Of a stretch of DNA of 64,000 nucleotides, positions 1-12,040 are shown in pieces. A model generated the notes under the pieces. It did not search any database. It was given only the letters and a program-made list of their open reading frames with translations, and was not told where the DNA came from. The position numbers were made by a program, and so were the translations under genes. The DNA comes from Felis catus. Taxonomy: Eukaryota. The stretch covers positions 2,480,001-2,544,000 of the forward strand of contig NC_058368.1 of the NCBI RefSeq assembly GCF_018350175.1. The letters run 5' to 3'. How positions within the stretch are numbered: the stretch's first letter is position 1; the number at the start of each line of letters is the position of its first letter.

Positions 1-382
1 GAGACTTGACGTTTTTTGTGCTGGATGTAGTGATAGAACCTAGGTCTACTGACTCCTAGATAAGTACTTTCTTCCAGATAAAAATTTTTCTTTCTTTTCT
101 TTTTTTTTTTTTTAAACACCATCTTGCTATTAGGCTTTAATAATTCAGCGTTCTAGATATGACTAGCAAAACCAAAGCCTGCCATGTTAGGTTTAATGTT
201 GGCAGTCTTGTTTACTTCTTACCAAATAATCATGAAACTACATTTCCTGCCTTCAACTCTTTCTTTTCTCTGACCTCTTTTTTATTGATTGATTCTTATG
301 TAATGTGTGTCCAGTTTCTGTAGATGAAAGGTGACCAGAAGATGAATCTGCTGCTTTTGACTGATGATAAAAAACAGTGCTC

Positions 383-562
383 GGGGCCCCTGGGTGGCTC
401 AGTTGGTTAAGCATCTGACTTTGGCTCAGGTCATGATCTCATGGTCTGTGACTTCGAGCCCCTAGCCCCTGCTTCAGAATCTCTCTATCCCTCTCTCTCT
501 GCCCCTCCCCCACGCATGCTTTTTCTCTCTGAAAAATAAAATAAACATTAAAAATCATTTAA
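383..562 (+). mobile_element. CanSINE (felid SINEC) with internal deletion
   Basis: ggggcccctgggtggctcagttggttaagc head, (CT) tract, aataaa tail. Confidence 0.9.
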
Positions 563-1849
563 AAATAGTGAAATAAAAATAAATGCTCTATGTGTTCATG
601 AAAATATCTTCAGAAAATGTTTCCTCTCGTGGATATCCCATCGGAAGGGAGGGCAGATCAATTCCACAGCTTGTGGCCGCCAACCGAGGGGCAGGGGCAA
701 CGATATTTTGGGGGCCAGCCTACACCTCATACCTCCATGTCTGTCTAATCAGTAGTGGCATCGCTTCTCCGAGCAGTGTGGTAAGCAGGTCCTTACACTG
801 ACCAGCGCCCTGCCTTCAGCACCTATTGGACACTGTTTTGCGGTATCCCATGGTAGCTACCTTTCTCTAGTACTGATCTAACTCACCCGTGACAGCGATA
901 GCCGTCTTGTGACGAAGAGGTCTGCAGTCATGGAGGCAGTTAATCGCAGTGCACTGTGGGAAAATGCTCAGCTCAGACATTGCTAATGTGTGGACCCATC
1001 GTTTCCAGTAGTGTTGGGATTGTGGGGCAGCTACAGGAACACCAGCAGCCTAGATAGCAGAGGACCGGGCGAAGAGATGGAAACTATGCTTAGGAGGTGC
1101 CTACTCAGTGCCTGGTTTGTGCTAGAGGCTACCTGCATGACCTCGTGCAGTTATTCAACCCAGATGTGTAATCTTCATTTTCTAGAGAGGCCCATTGCAC
1201 TCCTGGGAGGTCAGGTAACTTGACCATGGTTGCCCAGCTTATATGGGCACGTTACATTCCCGTGGCCAGCTGTGGGCCTGTTTACACTCGGATCCTTACC
1301 ATTGTGCTGACCTCGCACACTGCTCCCATGTCAGGCGGCCTCCACGTTGGCCGGGCTAAAAGACGGCTCCAGGAGGAATCTGGCAGAAAGGGAGAAGCCA
1401 GGCATTTCTTTGGTTGCCGTGGCTCTACCCGGTCCACCATGGGTCCAGCTTCCACCAAGTGACCCTGGGTTGTGATAGCTCGCTTTTCCCTTTAAGTTCA
1501 GGCTTGTTGCCAATCTCCAGACCACTTCGCTCAGCTCTTCCATGGCTTCTGTTATACCTCTGTTCCAGGTGTATTTGACTCTAAAGTTGACATTAGAAAA
1601 AAATCTGATCGAAGTCCAAGAGCTGTCACTTTGCCTTCTTTTCTCTAAAATTGAGTTAAAACTTTTGCCTTCTTTATCTCCCAAGATTGTTTGAAGCTCA
1701 GATGAGACAGTGTAGGGGAAGGCTTTGCAGTAAAGAGATGTAGTATTATATGTTTCCGTCACTGAAACAGATAGTCTGTACAGGCATTGGGCCCCAGACT
1801 TTGGCAAAGCCTTTCTGTCTAGAAAAGTCTTCTATCTGGATGGGGTGTG

Positions 1850-1980
1850 GGGGTGGGCTTTAAAATTACTGCTGCTTGGGTCCCACCCACATGGATTCTG
1901 ATTTCAGGTGTCTTGGGAACCTATGTTTTCAAAAATCTCCAGGTGGTTCTCATGTGCAGTCGGGGTGAGAAACACAGCTT
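1850..1980 (+). mobile_element. MER5-family fragment (MER5B-like), tandem with MER5A
   Basis: gggtcccaccc...gattctgatt...ctccaggtggttctcatgtgcag...tgagaaacac. Confidence 0.6.
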
Positions 1981-1985
1981 TCTAT

Positions 1986-2172
1986 CAGTGGTTCTTGAAG
2001 GGTGGGCTTTGGACCGAAAGCATCAGCACCATCTGGAAACCTGTTAGAGCCGCACCTTCTTGGGACCTACCTAGACCTGCTGAGTCAGAGACTCTAGAGT
2101 GGGGCCCTCCGGCTACCTGTAAGAAGCCCCCCAGATGAGTCTGGTGCCCACTGAAGTTTGGGTACAGCAGCA
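1986..2172 (+). mobile_element. MER5A (hAT-Charlie)
   Basis: cagtggttctt...agcatcagcaccatctggaaacctgttaga...agacctgctgagtcagagactct...gaagtttg. Confidence 0.8.
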
Positions 2173-3914
2173 TTGGGTGGGCGTGCCGCGCTTCAGTCAA
2201 AGAGGTTTGGCTGCCCTGCCTTTTCTCTCTTTCCACCTCTGCTCTCCTGTGGCTGGAAAGGGGGACTTCTTACCGTCCCAACCACGATTCCTTGTGCTTC
2301 CTGTGACCGTGTGTCTACTGCTTCTGTGGCTCTCTTGGCTGCGGCTTCAAGCCAGCCACCGTTGGACACGGAAGTGGAATTTTATTTATTCAAGCCCTCG
2401 TTATTAAGCACACGGTGTGGGCCAGGAACTGTGCAAGGCCCTGAGAGTGCCACAGTCAAAGGAGGGGATGGGCTCCATCCTCAGAGCACCGGCCGTCTGG
2501 GGAGAGGCCGCCAAGCAGCTGGCAATGCACATCGGTCGCGAGAAATGCTGCGCGAGGGCCCTCGCCCTCGCATGCAAGAATGGCACCGTTATTTCCCTGA
2601 CGACAGTGATCATAAGAGTTATCCGCATCAGGGGTTCTTTTTCACACAATGAAGATAGAATTAATGTAGTGTCTGATAAAGGGAGGGACCAGTTTCACTA
2701 GATGTGGCTTCGGGATGTCCCGAAAGGGTGGGACCCGCGGGAGTGGCTGTCAGCCGGGCGGCCCAGGCCTTGTCTGAAATCCCCACGGAGGAGGCGCCTA
2801 GAAGGCAGACCCTCCTGGAGCTCACCGGGCTCAGGGCACGCCCAGGTAAGTCCGCCAAGAAGGATTCGGGAGGCAAGGCCTTTGCTTGTCCAGAAAATGA
2901 CAAGCTGGTGATGCTTCTGCCTGGTAGAAGAAGTGTTTGCTCGAGCAAGAATGAGGAAGGTGAACGTGTCTAAAAGTGTATTTAGGATTCGGGACCCTCT
3001 CTGATTTGGCGAATAGGTTTTCCAAGTGGAAGGGCTAGCTCTCTCCAGAAGAGGGCGCCTGTATTCTTTGTTACCATTTTCCATCTGTAAGCGACCGTTT
3101 ATATTTTCATACTGGCACAGAATAAACAGAAGACTGACTTATGTTTTGCTGTTTGCAGAGCTGACTTCATGTAATTTTGACAGTTGTACCACATTCCAAA
3201 CGCTTATAATTTCTTCCACTGGGACTTGGGGATATTAGATTAGGACATCAGAAAACCATGGGAAATGCGTCTCCTAACAGTATTCTTGCACTACATGAGC
3301 TCTGCTCTTTGGCTTATCTGTAAAAACATCTCCTTCATTAGCGCCTACGAACAAGGCCTGTCAGTAACACACTAGTCTCCAAAGTATGCCTCTGCGTATT
3401 TGAAAGAATATTTACATAACGCGGAAAACGAGTGGTTGATCCGTTTAAAACGGCGAAACAATTGGATGATACATTTTCTTCTTATTCAGACAGTTACAGC
3501 ACTATGGAGACGTTGCCATTAATAAGTTCAGACGTGAGTAACATGACACTTTGGCAGATCGCATGCCAGAATCAGAAAGGGGCCGCCATCTCAGAGGGGG
3601 CCGCGAGCGAGGAGGACACATGTACACAAACACGCAAAGTCCGCTCAGTGGCCAAAAAGGGTGAGTGGAGGAATCTGAAAGTAAAAATCTGTGGCTTTTG
3701 AATTTAGTGTGAAATTGCAAACAGACAATGCAGTAAGAGTATCAGAGCGCAAGGGAATAGAAGTGAAATTTTGGTGACACTAGATAAAAGTATGTGAAGG
3801 GCGGTCCCTGTGGCTCAGGGGTTCTGCTCTGCCTAGAGGGCCGATACGTTGGCACATGGGTGACGGTGCCGTTTTTAAAGCAGATTTGTGCGATTTCCTG
3901 CTTTCCTGGGAAGT

Positions 3915-3917
<3 letters not shown>

Positions 3918-3968
<51 letters not shown>
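3918..3968. repeat. (TC)25 microsatellite
   Basis: Read directly. Confidence 0.97.
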
Positions 3969-3971
<3 letters not shown>

Positions 3972-6900
3972 CTGGCCTGCCCCCACCTTTATACTCCCAA
4001 ATTAACATGACACGGGGAGAAGGGATGTCCAGGTTGGGCTTTATGTTCACGCAGCTTTCTGCAAAGGTAAGAGATGTTAGACCTTCTGGGACTGATGACT
4101 TGCCTCACGTGGCTCTGAGACTTGCTCTCCTCGGAAGGTGAAGAAGGGTGGGGAGAAAGGGCGAAACGGCCCTTTCTGCACTGCTTTATTATGTGCAGCG
4201 TTTTCTCAAAGTCTTAAGTGTAGATGAAAGCTCTCAGCCTTTAAATTAACGTGACCCAACGTTCACATGGCCGATGCTGCGGACATGCCCGCCTGTGAGA
4301 AGATTCCGGGTCTGGGCTTGATTTCTGTGGATGTAATCAGCAGAGAGCATGAATGGGAGGAATGATTGGGAAGCTCTGAAAGTTTCTAGTGTGCTCCCTG
4401 TTTTGTCATTATCTCGGGGTAATTGGAGTTGAGAGGGTAGGACCTCTAATGAGCGGCTGCTCTCCCTTAATGGACGGGGACTGGAAATTAGCGCGGCTCC
4501 TGCTGTTCTATGTGAGTGAACCGTGGCGGCCAGAGCCGCCAGCGGGTCCCTCCAGGAAATTTAGGCAACTGCCTAATGGTGGCCTCGCTAATGGCAACAA
4601 TTACAGAATAGCCTTTTCAATGAGACCCGTGTGCATCAGTTAGAGACTAATCTCATTGAGCAGCAACAGGCCTGTGACAATGTCCACTCGGTGACTGGTA
4701 CTTCAGCATCGCCGGCTAGAAGGGGTTTTCGCGTCTCCCGAGAAAGCCGAAATAGACACGACGTGACACCAACCTGTGCCCCTTTGCAAGACCAAGATTG
4801 CAGCAGCAGGCGAGAGAGCGAGCGCGCCTTCTCCCCGGGTCGGTCTCCTGCCGGGGAGGTAGCCCCCTTTTCTACCCACGGCATCCCACTTAGCAAGTTC
4901 AGAGCCGTGGCCGGCAGACGGGCGCCGACCCTCCGCCAGCCACGGCCTTCAGAGTTACCTGCCACGTCTCGGAGGGAATATGGGGGCACCGAAGGCAGGA
5001 GAGGGTTCCCGCGATGGGAATCCGTTAACACGGGTGGATGCCGGTAGCCGGGAACGAGAGCCGGTCGGTGGCGTTTCAAATCACTGGACTCGTTTACTGT
5101 CACAGGTTTTAACACCTCCGGTGACAGAACTGGGGCTTCCAGGCCTGGCCGTGAAAGCCACTGTAGTTTAAGGTCACGTGGCTTTACTCACTCTGTGGGA
5201 AGGACCGGCCTTGTGCCGTCACGGCAGCACCGACTTGACCCCGGAAGGGCCTGGACTCCGACGGTGAGTAAGGAGGCATTGCCTTTTAGGGGCCCTCCCG
5301 GGCAGGGTCAGCTCCTCAGCACGAGGGCCTCTTAAACTGTCCATCCCGGGCACCTCTCTGGCCTCACCCTACCCCCATCCCGAGAAGAACCAGTCCCCTT
5401 TGAGGCATGAGCGCTCTTTCTCGGAACGATTGGATCCCTTCGCTTTTTACGGAATTAGTACGTTGGTCAATTTGGCCTAATACGCGCACACACACACCAC
5501 ATCTCCTCTACAGAAAGACATAGGTGTTGAGTGAGCCGCAAACGTCTTTAAATATAAAACCTACGTAAGGAAAAAATTGAAGAGGGCAGTATGTTTACTG
5601 CGAGGATTTCAAGATACGCTGGGTCTTTTTCGTCAGAGTAATTTATCCTGAGCAGAATCGACTGACCCAGATCTGGACGTTTTTGTTTGCGTGTGGGGGG
5701 TGGGGAAGGGGAAGCTTCAAATTTTTCTTAGCTTTTTGGAGTTTGCTCGCGTATTATAGCTGGTGACTCATCATCACGGAGGAGTGGAGATGAGAGAAAG
5801 TCACAAATACATTTGGTGTATGGGAGTTTTTAAAAAAAAGTTCTTGCTGTCATTTTCAGGGTTAAGTGTTGTTCTAGCCGTAGCACGCAGACACAAAAAT
5901 TGCTCGTAAAATATAATTTCACTAGAAGATGATCCCTTATCCGCTCAGAATGAGGAGACAGTGCTGAATTCAGCTCACAAGTGGCCACTTTAACTTAACA
6001 CTATTTGCGTGAAAATAATTGCAGGTGCAGGGAAGGAAGCTTTTGAGCAGTTGGCCTTAGGTGTGCCTGGTCAAGTCGGGTCCTGTAATATCCGTTCTCT
6101 GCTTTGGCTTGAGTCATTTCAGGGACTTGTAGCTTTTTTTTTTTTTTTTTTTTAAAGAGGGAGCACAAGGAAAAATTGCAGACTTCACCTAATTTAAAAT
6201 AAGAACTTCCTATCGACTGATTTTACTCTTTTCACTGCAGAATTTAGAGAAAGCAAGCAGTTCACAAGGCACCTATTTCTGGTTTGCAGTACAGGTTGCG
6301 GTTTCCCTCTTATTAAACATTGGCTATATTTTTAAGACACTTTGCCTAAGAGTGGATAAAGTGCTTGCAAAGTAATGGTTGTTGAAAGCGTCCGAAAATC
6401 CCCCAGGAACTAATTTGTTGTTGTTTTTATTCTCTAACTAGAATGGGAGTTTGCCTAAGATGTTGGTGATTTCCTGCAGTGATTTCTGAACGAGAAGTAG
6501 ATTTAAGGTTCGAAGTCACTTTTGTGTGTGATCTCTGGGTTAAGAAGCAAATTCCTCACTTTGAAGGCTCAAATGTTTTTCTTTGGAGAAATAGAAAAAA
6601 AAAATCCAAGGGACTTGTTAAACATGCTTGTGCCGTATCGACTCCATCATAGACTGGAACTTGGCCCACAACAAAGCCTTACGGGTGTGAGGTGCTGGGG
6701 GTTAGGTGTCGTCCCTGGGCCACAGAAACCTCAAGCATGTGGGCAGAATGGTGACCATTGGCAGCCATCAGGCTGTGAAAACAATGTGCTAATTACTGGG
6801 GAAAACAAACAGCCAGCAGTTTCTACATACCCATCAGGAGATATGAATAACAGAGTACATACATTTTTAAATTTAGCGCATTTTTGCTGCTCAATAAATG

Positions 6901-8529
6901 CATAATAATAATCATCATCACATTTTTATTAGACACTGTGCATTTATGAGCGAGCTTGGTGGTCTCTTTGGGCCTCTGCCAAGGTCTAATGGAGCCTTCA
7001 TAGCTGTGCAGACTCCTCTTTCAGATTTTCCCCTCCTTTCTGCATAATCTAGGGGACGACAGCAAACCTACCTGGGGTAAAGGGAACGTGAAGGAGGTAG
7101 CTTTTACTTTATCTCAGAGTCAATCTACCCTGGCTTTTCCAAGCCAAAGACATGCTTCTAGAAATCACTATGCTCCGTGACAAAAGTTGAACAGAAGATA
7201 ATCACTCACAAAGGAAAAGAAAAATGTTAGCATTAGCCTTTTTTCAAAAATTGGTTTCTGACCCAAGTGTCAACGTTCATTGACCTATAAGCTAGACACC
7301 CTGCTTCCTTATTAATAATGGCAAAGTTGGGGCTTGGCACAAAAACATCACCATGCGTTTTAGAAAGCAGAAATGAAGGCAGGGTTAATGCCGTAACATC
7401 CTATGTATCGGATATAATCGGCCTGGGAACGTGGAAAGATGAGACGGGGACATGCGTTCAGTCAGTCAACAGATCTCTGTGGACCACCCAAGATGGCGCA
7501 GCCCCTCTTCCTGGGACTTGGATACATTGGTTACCAGGACAAAGACCCCTGACTTTGCAGGGTTCAACAACTGGGTGGTGTTGAAGAGCATGTCCTACTG
7601 AGTAGAAAATGGCAGTGAAAATCCAAACATCTCGCCTAAGTTTGGAAGGTGAGGAAAGTGAAAGCGAAGTGAGGGAATCAGGGTCATGGAGCTTGGGAAG
7701 ACACAGTTGCAACTAGACTTTCTGATGTGATTCAAGTATAGGAAGAATTGTTATCTTGGAGGGGACGGCGGCCATCTCCAAGGAGGGTGGTACGGAAGGA
7801 GCCATGCCAGCTGCAGGAAAGAAATCTAGACTCGAAGATATGGGAGAGTGGCAATGAGGACTGGAATGCGATGCCAAAGAAAGGAAAAACAATGAGATAA
7901 ATTACGCGTGGTCTTTCCAGAGCTGGGCATGAACTATCTTTCAGCTTTCTTTCTTCTACCTTTAAAAACTCGAAATAGCTGTAAACTTATTTAACGTCAA
8001 TAAGCAATACCTTGTCTAAGGGAGATAAACACAGAATAGTGCACCATACGTGGACCTGTACATTTAGAGAACAAATGTGGATTGTGTCTAACGTGTAGGT
8101 AGAGGGGTGGGCTTACACACAGGGAACGTTTTTCCTCCATCTGAGGCAACATCTATTTAGGAGGCTGGTTCACCACTTCTAGACACGTTTGTATGTGCAC
8201 CCCACCGCACATGATGCCCCTGTATGTGGCATAGAAATGTATATTTCTATGTTGTTTGGGTCTTTTTGGTTGTTTTTGTTTTTGTTTTTAGGTTCCAAGA
8301 TATATAGTCAACATATCACCCGGAGGAGAACTATTTGAGGCGTTCTTGGAGTGATTTCATCTGTTGAATGTTAGGTAGTGACTGAGAGACCAGGTAGGTT
8401 TGTTTGGGGGGGGGGGCATAATTAGTAAAGCTTTAGCGCAGGTAAGAGCAGGGCCTAGTGCGGCCATTCTACCTACTTTCCTTCTCCCTTTGCCGTTTCT
8501 TGCTACTACTAGATTGGTACCCACCACCG

Positions 8530-8650
8530 CATTGTGGTGAGACCCTTGAGGGCAGGGACCGTGTGTCGTGTGGCAATGAATTCCTAGCATCCAGCACAGG
8601 GCTCTGCACTTGGTAGGGGCTCAATGCATATTTATTGGCTAGAATTGAAC
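8530..8650 (+). mobile_element. L2 3' end fragment
   Basis: cttgagggcagggaccgtgt...cctagca.ccagcacag...gtaggggctcaat. Confidence 0.7.
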
Positions 8651-8859
8651 TAGTATAAACATACAAGGAAAGCCTCATCAGGGAGCCCGGAATACCAAGA
8701 ACTAAGTTAAAGGAAACTTGGGGGAGGTCTTTCTGCCCAACCCCAGGGCACAGCTCTCCGTGTCTCAGACACCATTCCCTGCAGTTGGGCAAGGAGGGGC
8801 ACCGACTTCAGGGTGGACTGTGTCTGGTTTAAAGGATGCTCACTGTGCCACTGTGAGTG

Positions 8860-9500
8860 AAAAACTGTTGACAAGTCGCACATCCATCAATAGGAGAAAA
8901 TTGTTGGATTATGGTATATCGATGCTATGGAAGGTGAAGCGGCCATTGAAAAGGAACTAGGGAAGTCTGCCTGTTCTGACAGAGGAGGATATCAATGGTA
9001 GAGTACTGGTGGTTTTTTTTTTTAATGTTAATGTTAATTTTTTTTAATGTTATTCTTGAGAGAGAGAGAGACAGAGACAGAGCGCAAGCGGGGACAGGGG
9101 GGCAGAGAGGGAGACACAGAATCCAAAGCAGGCTCCAGACTCTGAGCTGTCAGCACAGAGCCCGACGCAGGGCTCAAGCTCATGAACCGTGAGATCATGA
9201 CCTGAGCCGAAGTTGGATGCTCAACTGACTGAGCACCCAGGGTGCCCCCCACCACCCCCGCTCTCCTCCCACCCCCCAGAGTACTGGTTTTTGAAAAACA
9301 GTATGCATGTCATTATGTGTAATTTGTTCCCATTTAAAGAACTACCCCTATACATATGTGCATATGTATGGGTACTTACAGAAAGCTCTGGAAAGATGTA
9401 CGTCAAATACTAGCGAGTGCCTATGAAGGGATGGGAGAGATTTAAAAATCCATGTACTTCTGAACTGTCTGAATGTTTTACAGCAAACTTGTATTACATA
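8860..9500 (+). mobile_element. Ancient L1ME-like 3' fragment interrupted by a SINE
   Basis: Degenerate L1 3' motifs (catccatcaataggaga, attatggtatat). Confidence 0.55.
9013..9248 (-). mobile_element. CanSINE (felid SINEC)
   Basis: Antisense SINEC body; TSD AGAGTACTGGT at 9000 and 9278. Confidence 0.92.
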
Positions 9501-10734
9501 TGAAATAACATATATATGTTATTTATCTCTCTATATTTCTCTATATATTTTTATAGATATATATTTATATATACAGATATTGTAGATATATATTTTCTCT
9601 CTCTATATATATATGGAAAAGAAGAGTTTCTCTCCTTTGTGAGAATTGGTTTGTTTTAGTAGCCTAGAATTAATATATAAATAAGTATATATATTAAATA
9701 GTTGTTATTTAACTAATTTACTATTGATTGAGTGATTGATTCTTGGCTAAATAAAGTGGAACAATTCTCACGAAGGAAAGAGACCATCGTTGACTCGTAA
9801 GAAGGTCTTATTTTTCATGACTGAAAGTCCTATCTTTTGGTTGGGCTTGTATTTCTTTTAGTGATGAGTAAGGGGCAGTGTCCCTTGAGAACATAGGTCC
9901 CCAAATTGTAGGCAAAAAAAAAAATCATAATTTCATGTCTAATACTTTTTTCTTTTTCTTTTTTTTTTTTTTTTGCTCTCTTGCTTTGGACATGTCTACA
10001 TAAAGCAAGTCAAAAGTTAAAGTAAAACTCTAGATTAGCATTGTCACCAGAAGGGGAGGGAAATTGTAGCAGAGAGTCTAAGATGAGTCCCAAGCGGCTA
10101 TGTTTTTATGTTCCTTCACACATAATTCTGAGGCATAGCCAGGACTGAGACCTACCCCTGGGGTTTCTTTGATACTAACCATACTCTACAGACTACAAGG
10201 CAATCTCTCCAATGTACTCTTGACATCAGCAAAAAACAGGAGTAGTGAAACATGATTTGTGCCAACATAAGTTTGCATGTTTCCCATTTGTTTGTGGTCA
10301 GCATCGAATCCCAGTCCGATATTTATAGGCTTATGATTTTAAAGTATCCCAAATCAAGGCTCTGTCAAACACTCAAGACAAATCTAAATCAACGTCTTGC
10401 TTTTCTTTGTCACTATTGGGGGGACTTGGGGATAATCACAAAGTTTCCTTCCAATTATGTGATTCCACTGTATGGCTCTGATAAGTCGGTACTTGAGTAT
10501 ACTAAATAGGTTTGAATCTTTAGGCCTGGACGAGTTATATCTCAAGGTACTGTAATAATTCATGTATATAATGGCCGAGCCTGGCCAATGGTATTTATGA
10601 AACTTTTCCGTGACTCTAAACAGTCTCTACCACACTAGAAAAATAACGGTTTTATCTATTACCATGGGGCTGAATTATTCTATTTAACTAGAATTCTTAT
10701 TATTGATGTTAAGTTGCTACTAATTAAAAAAACT

Positions 10735-11260
10735 TTTTTGAGTGTAGTTGACATACAATGTGACATTAGTTTAAGGAGTACAACATAGTGATTCAACAGT
10801 TCTGTGCGGTATACTGTGCTCACTTACGTGTAGCTGCCATCTGTCACCACACAGCACTGTCACAATATCATCACTATGTTCCCTATGCTGTGCCTTTTGT
10901 TCTTGTATCTCCCGCCAATCTCCTTCACCCATTTTGCCCAACCCTGTACCCCCTTCCCTCTGGCAACCATCAGTTTACTCTCTGATTTCTGCTTTTTGTT
11001 TATTCATTTGTTTTGTTTTTTAGATTCTACACACGAGTGAAATTATACAGTATTTGTCTTTCTCTGTCTGCCTTGTTTCACTTAGCATGACACTCTCTTG
11101 GTCCATCCGTCCATCTGTGTTGTTGCAAATGGCAATATCTCCTCTTTTTTATGGTGGAGTAATATTCCATTGTGTATATATATATATACACACCACATCT
11201 TCTTTGTCCATTTATTTTTGGAAAGACACTTGGGTTGTTTCCATATCTTGGATATTGTAA
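10735..11260 (-). mobile_element. Older L1 3' end fragment (L1MA/L1_Carn-like)
   Basis: Antisense L1 3' motifs: gttgacatacaat, ccctctggcaaccatcag, tatttgtctttctctgtctg, tattccattgtgtatata. Confidence 0.85.
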
Positions 11261-11318
11261 GTTATTTATAATTTTTCCCCCTTTTCCAGGTGTCTTTTTA
11301 TTTTTTCTCCTGAATGGC

Positions 11319-11805
11319 CATACTGATTAATTTTATGTGTCAATTTATGTCGGGTATTTGGTGAAACATTATTCTAGGTGTTTCTGTGAGGGTATTTTTG
11401 GATGAGGTTAACATTTGTATCAGTAGACTGAGTTGAAGCAGACTGCCCTCCATAAACATGGGTGGGCCTCAGCCAATCAGTGTATAGCCTGAGTAGAACA
11501 AAAGGCTGACCTTCTCCGAGTAAGAAAGAATCTTTCAGCCAGACAGCCTTTGAACTAGGCACTGCCTCTTGCACTTGGCAGCTTCCAGCCGTTAGACGTG
11601 AACTGCAATGTCAGTTCTGCAGATTTCGGACTTAACCAGCATCTGTAATCACATAAGTCAGTTCCTTATAATAAGTCTCTTCATGTAATCTGTCTCTATA
11701 TAATAATCTTCATACATATGTAATCTTTATATATAAAGTCTAATAATATTCTATGTAGTAAATATCTCTCTATGTATATGCATATGTAGAACCCTGACTA
11801 ATACA
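11319..11805 (+). mobile_element. MLT2-type (ERVL) solo LTR
   Basis: ttaattttatgtgtcaa start, gggtgggcctca.ccaatcagt core, agaaccctgactaataca end; 5-bp TSD ATGGC/ATGGA. Confidence 0.85.
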
Positions 11806-12040
11806 ATGGATGATAAAAACCACACAATTTTCATTGTATTTTCAACCTTTCTTTTTTTTTTTTAGTGATAAATATATAGGATTGTTAGCAGAAAAATATA
11901 TGTTGTGTTACTTATGAATTACATTCATGGGGCATGAGGGTGCTACAGTTATAGGCTTAAAAAAACTTCCTCTTATTTTACTTTTGAGATGAAATAGATT
12001 TTGAATAGATTTTGAATACAAGTTCAATTAAATGGTAAAT

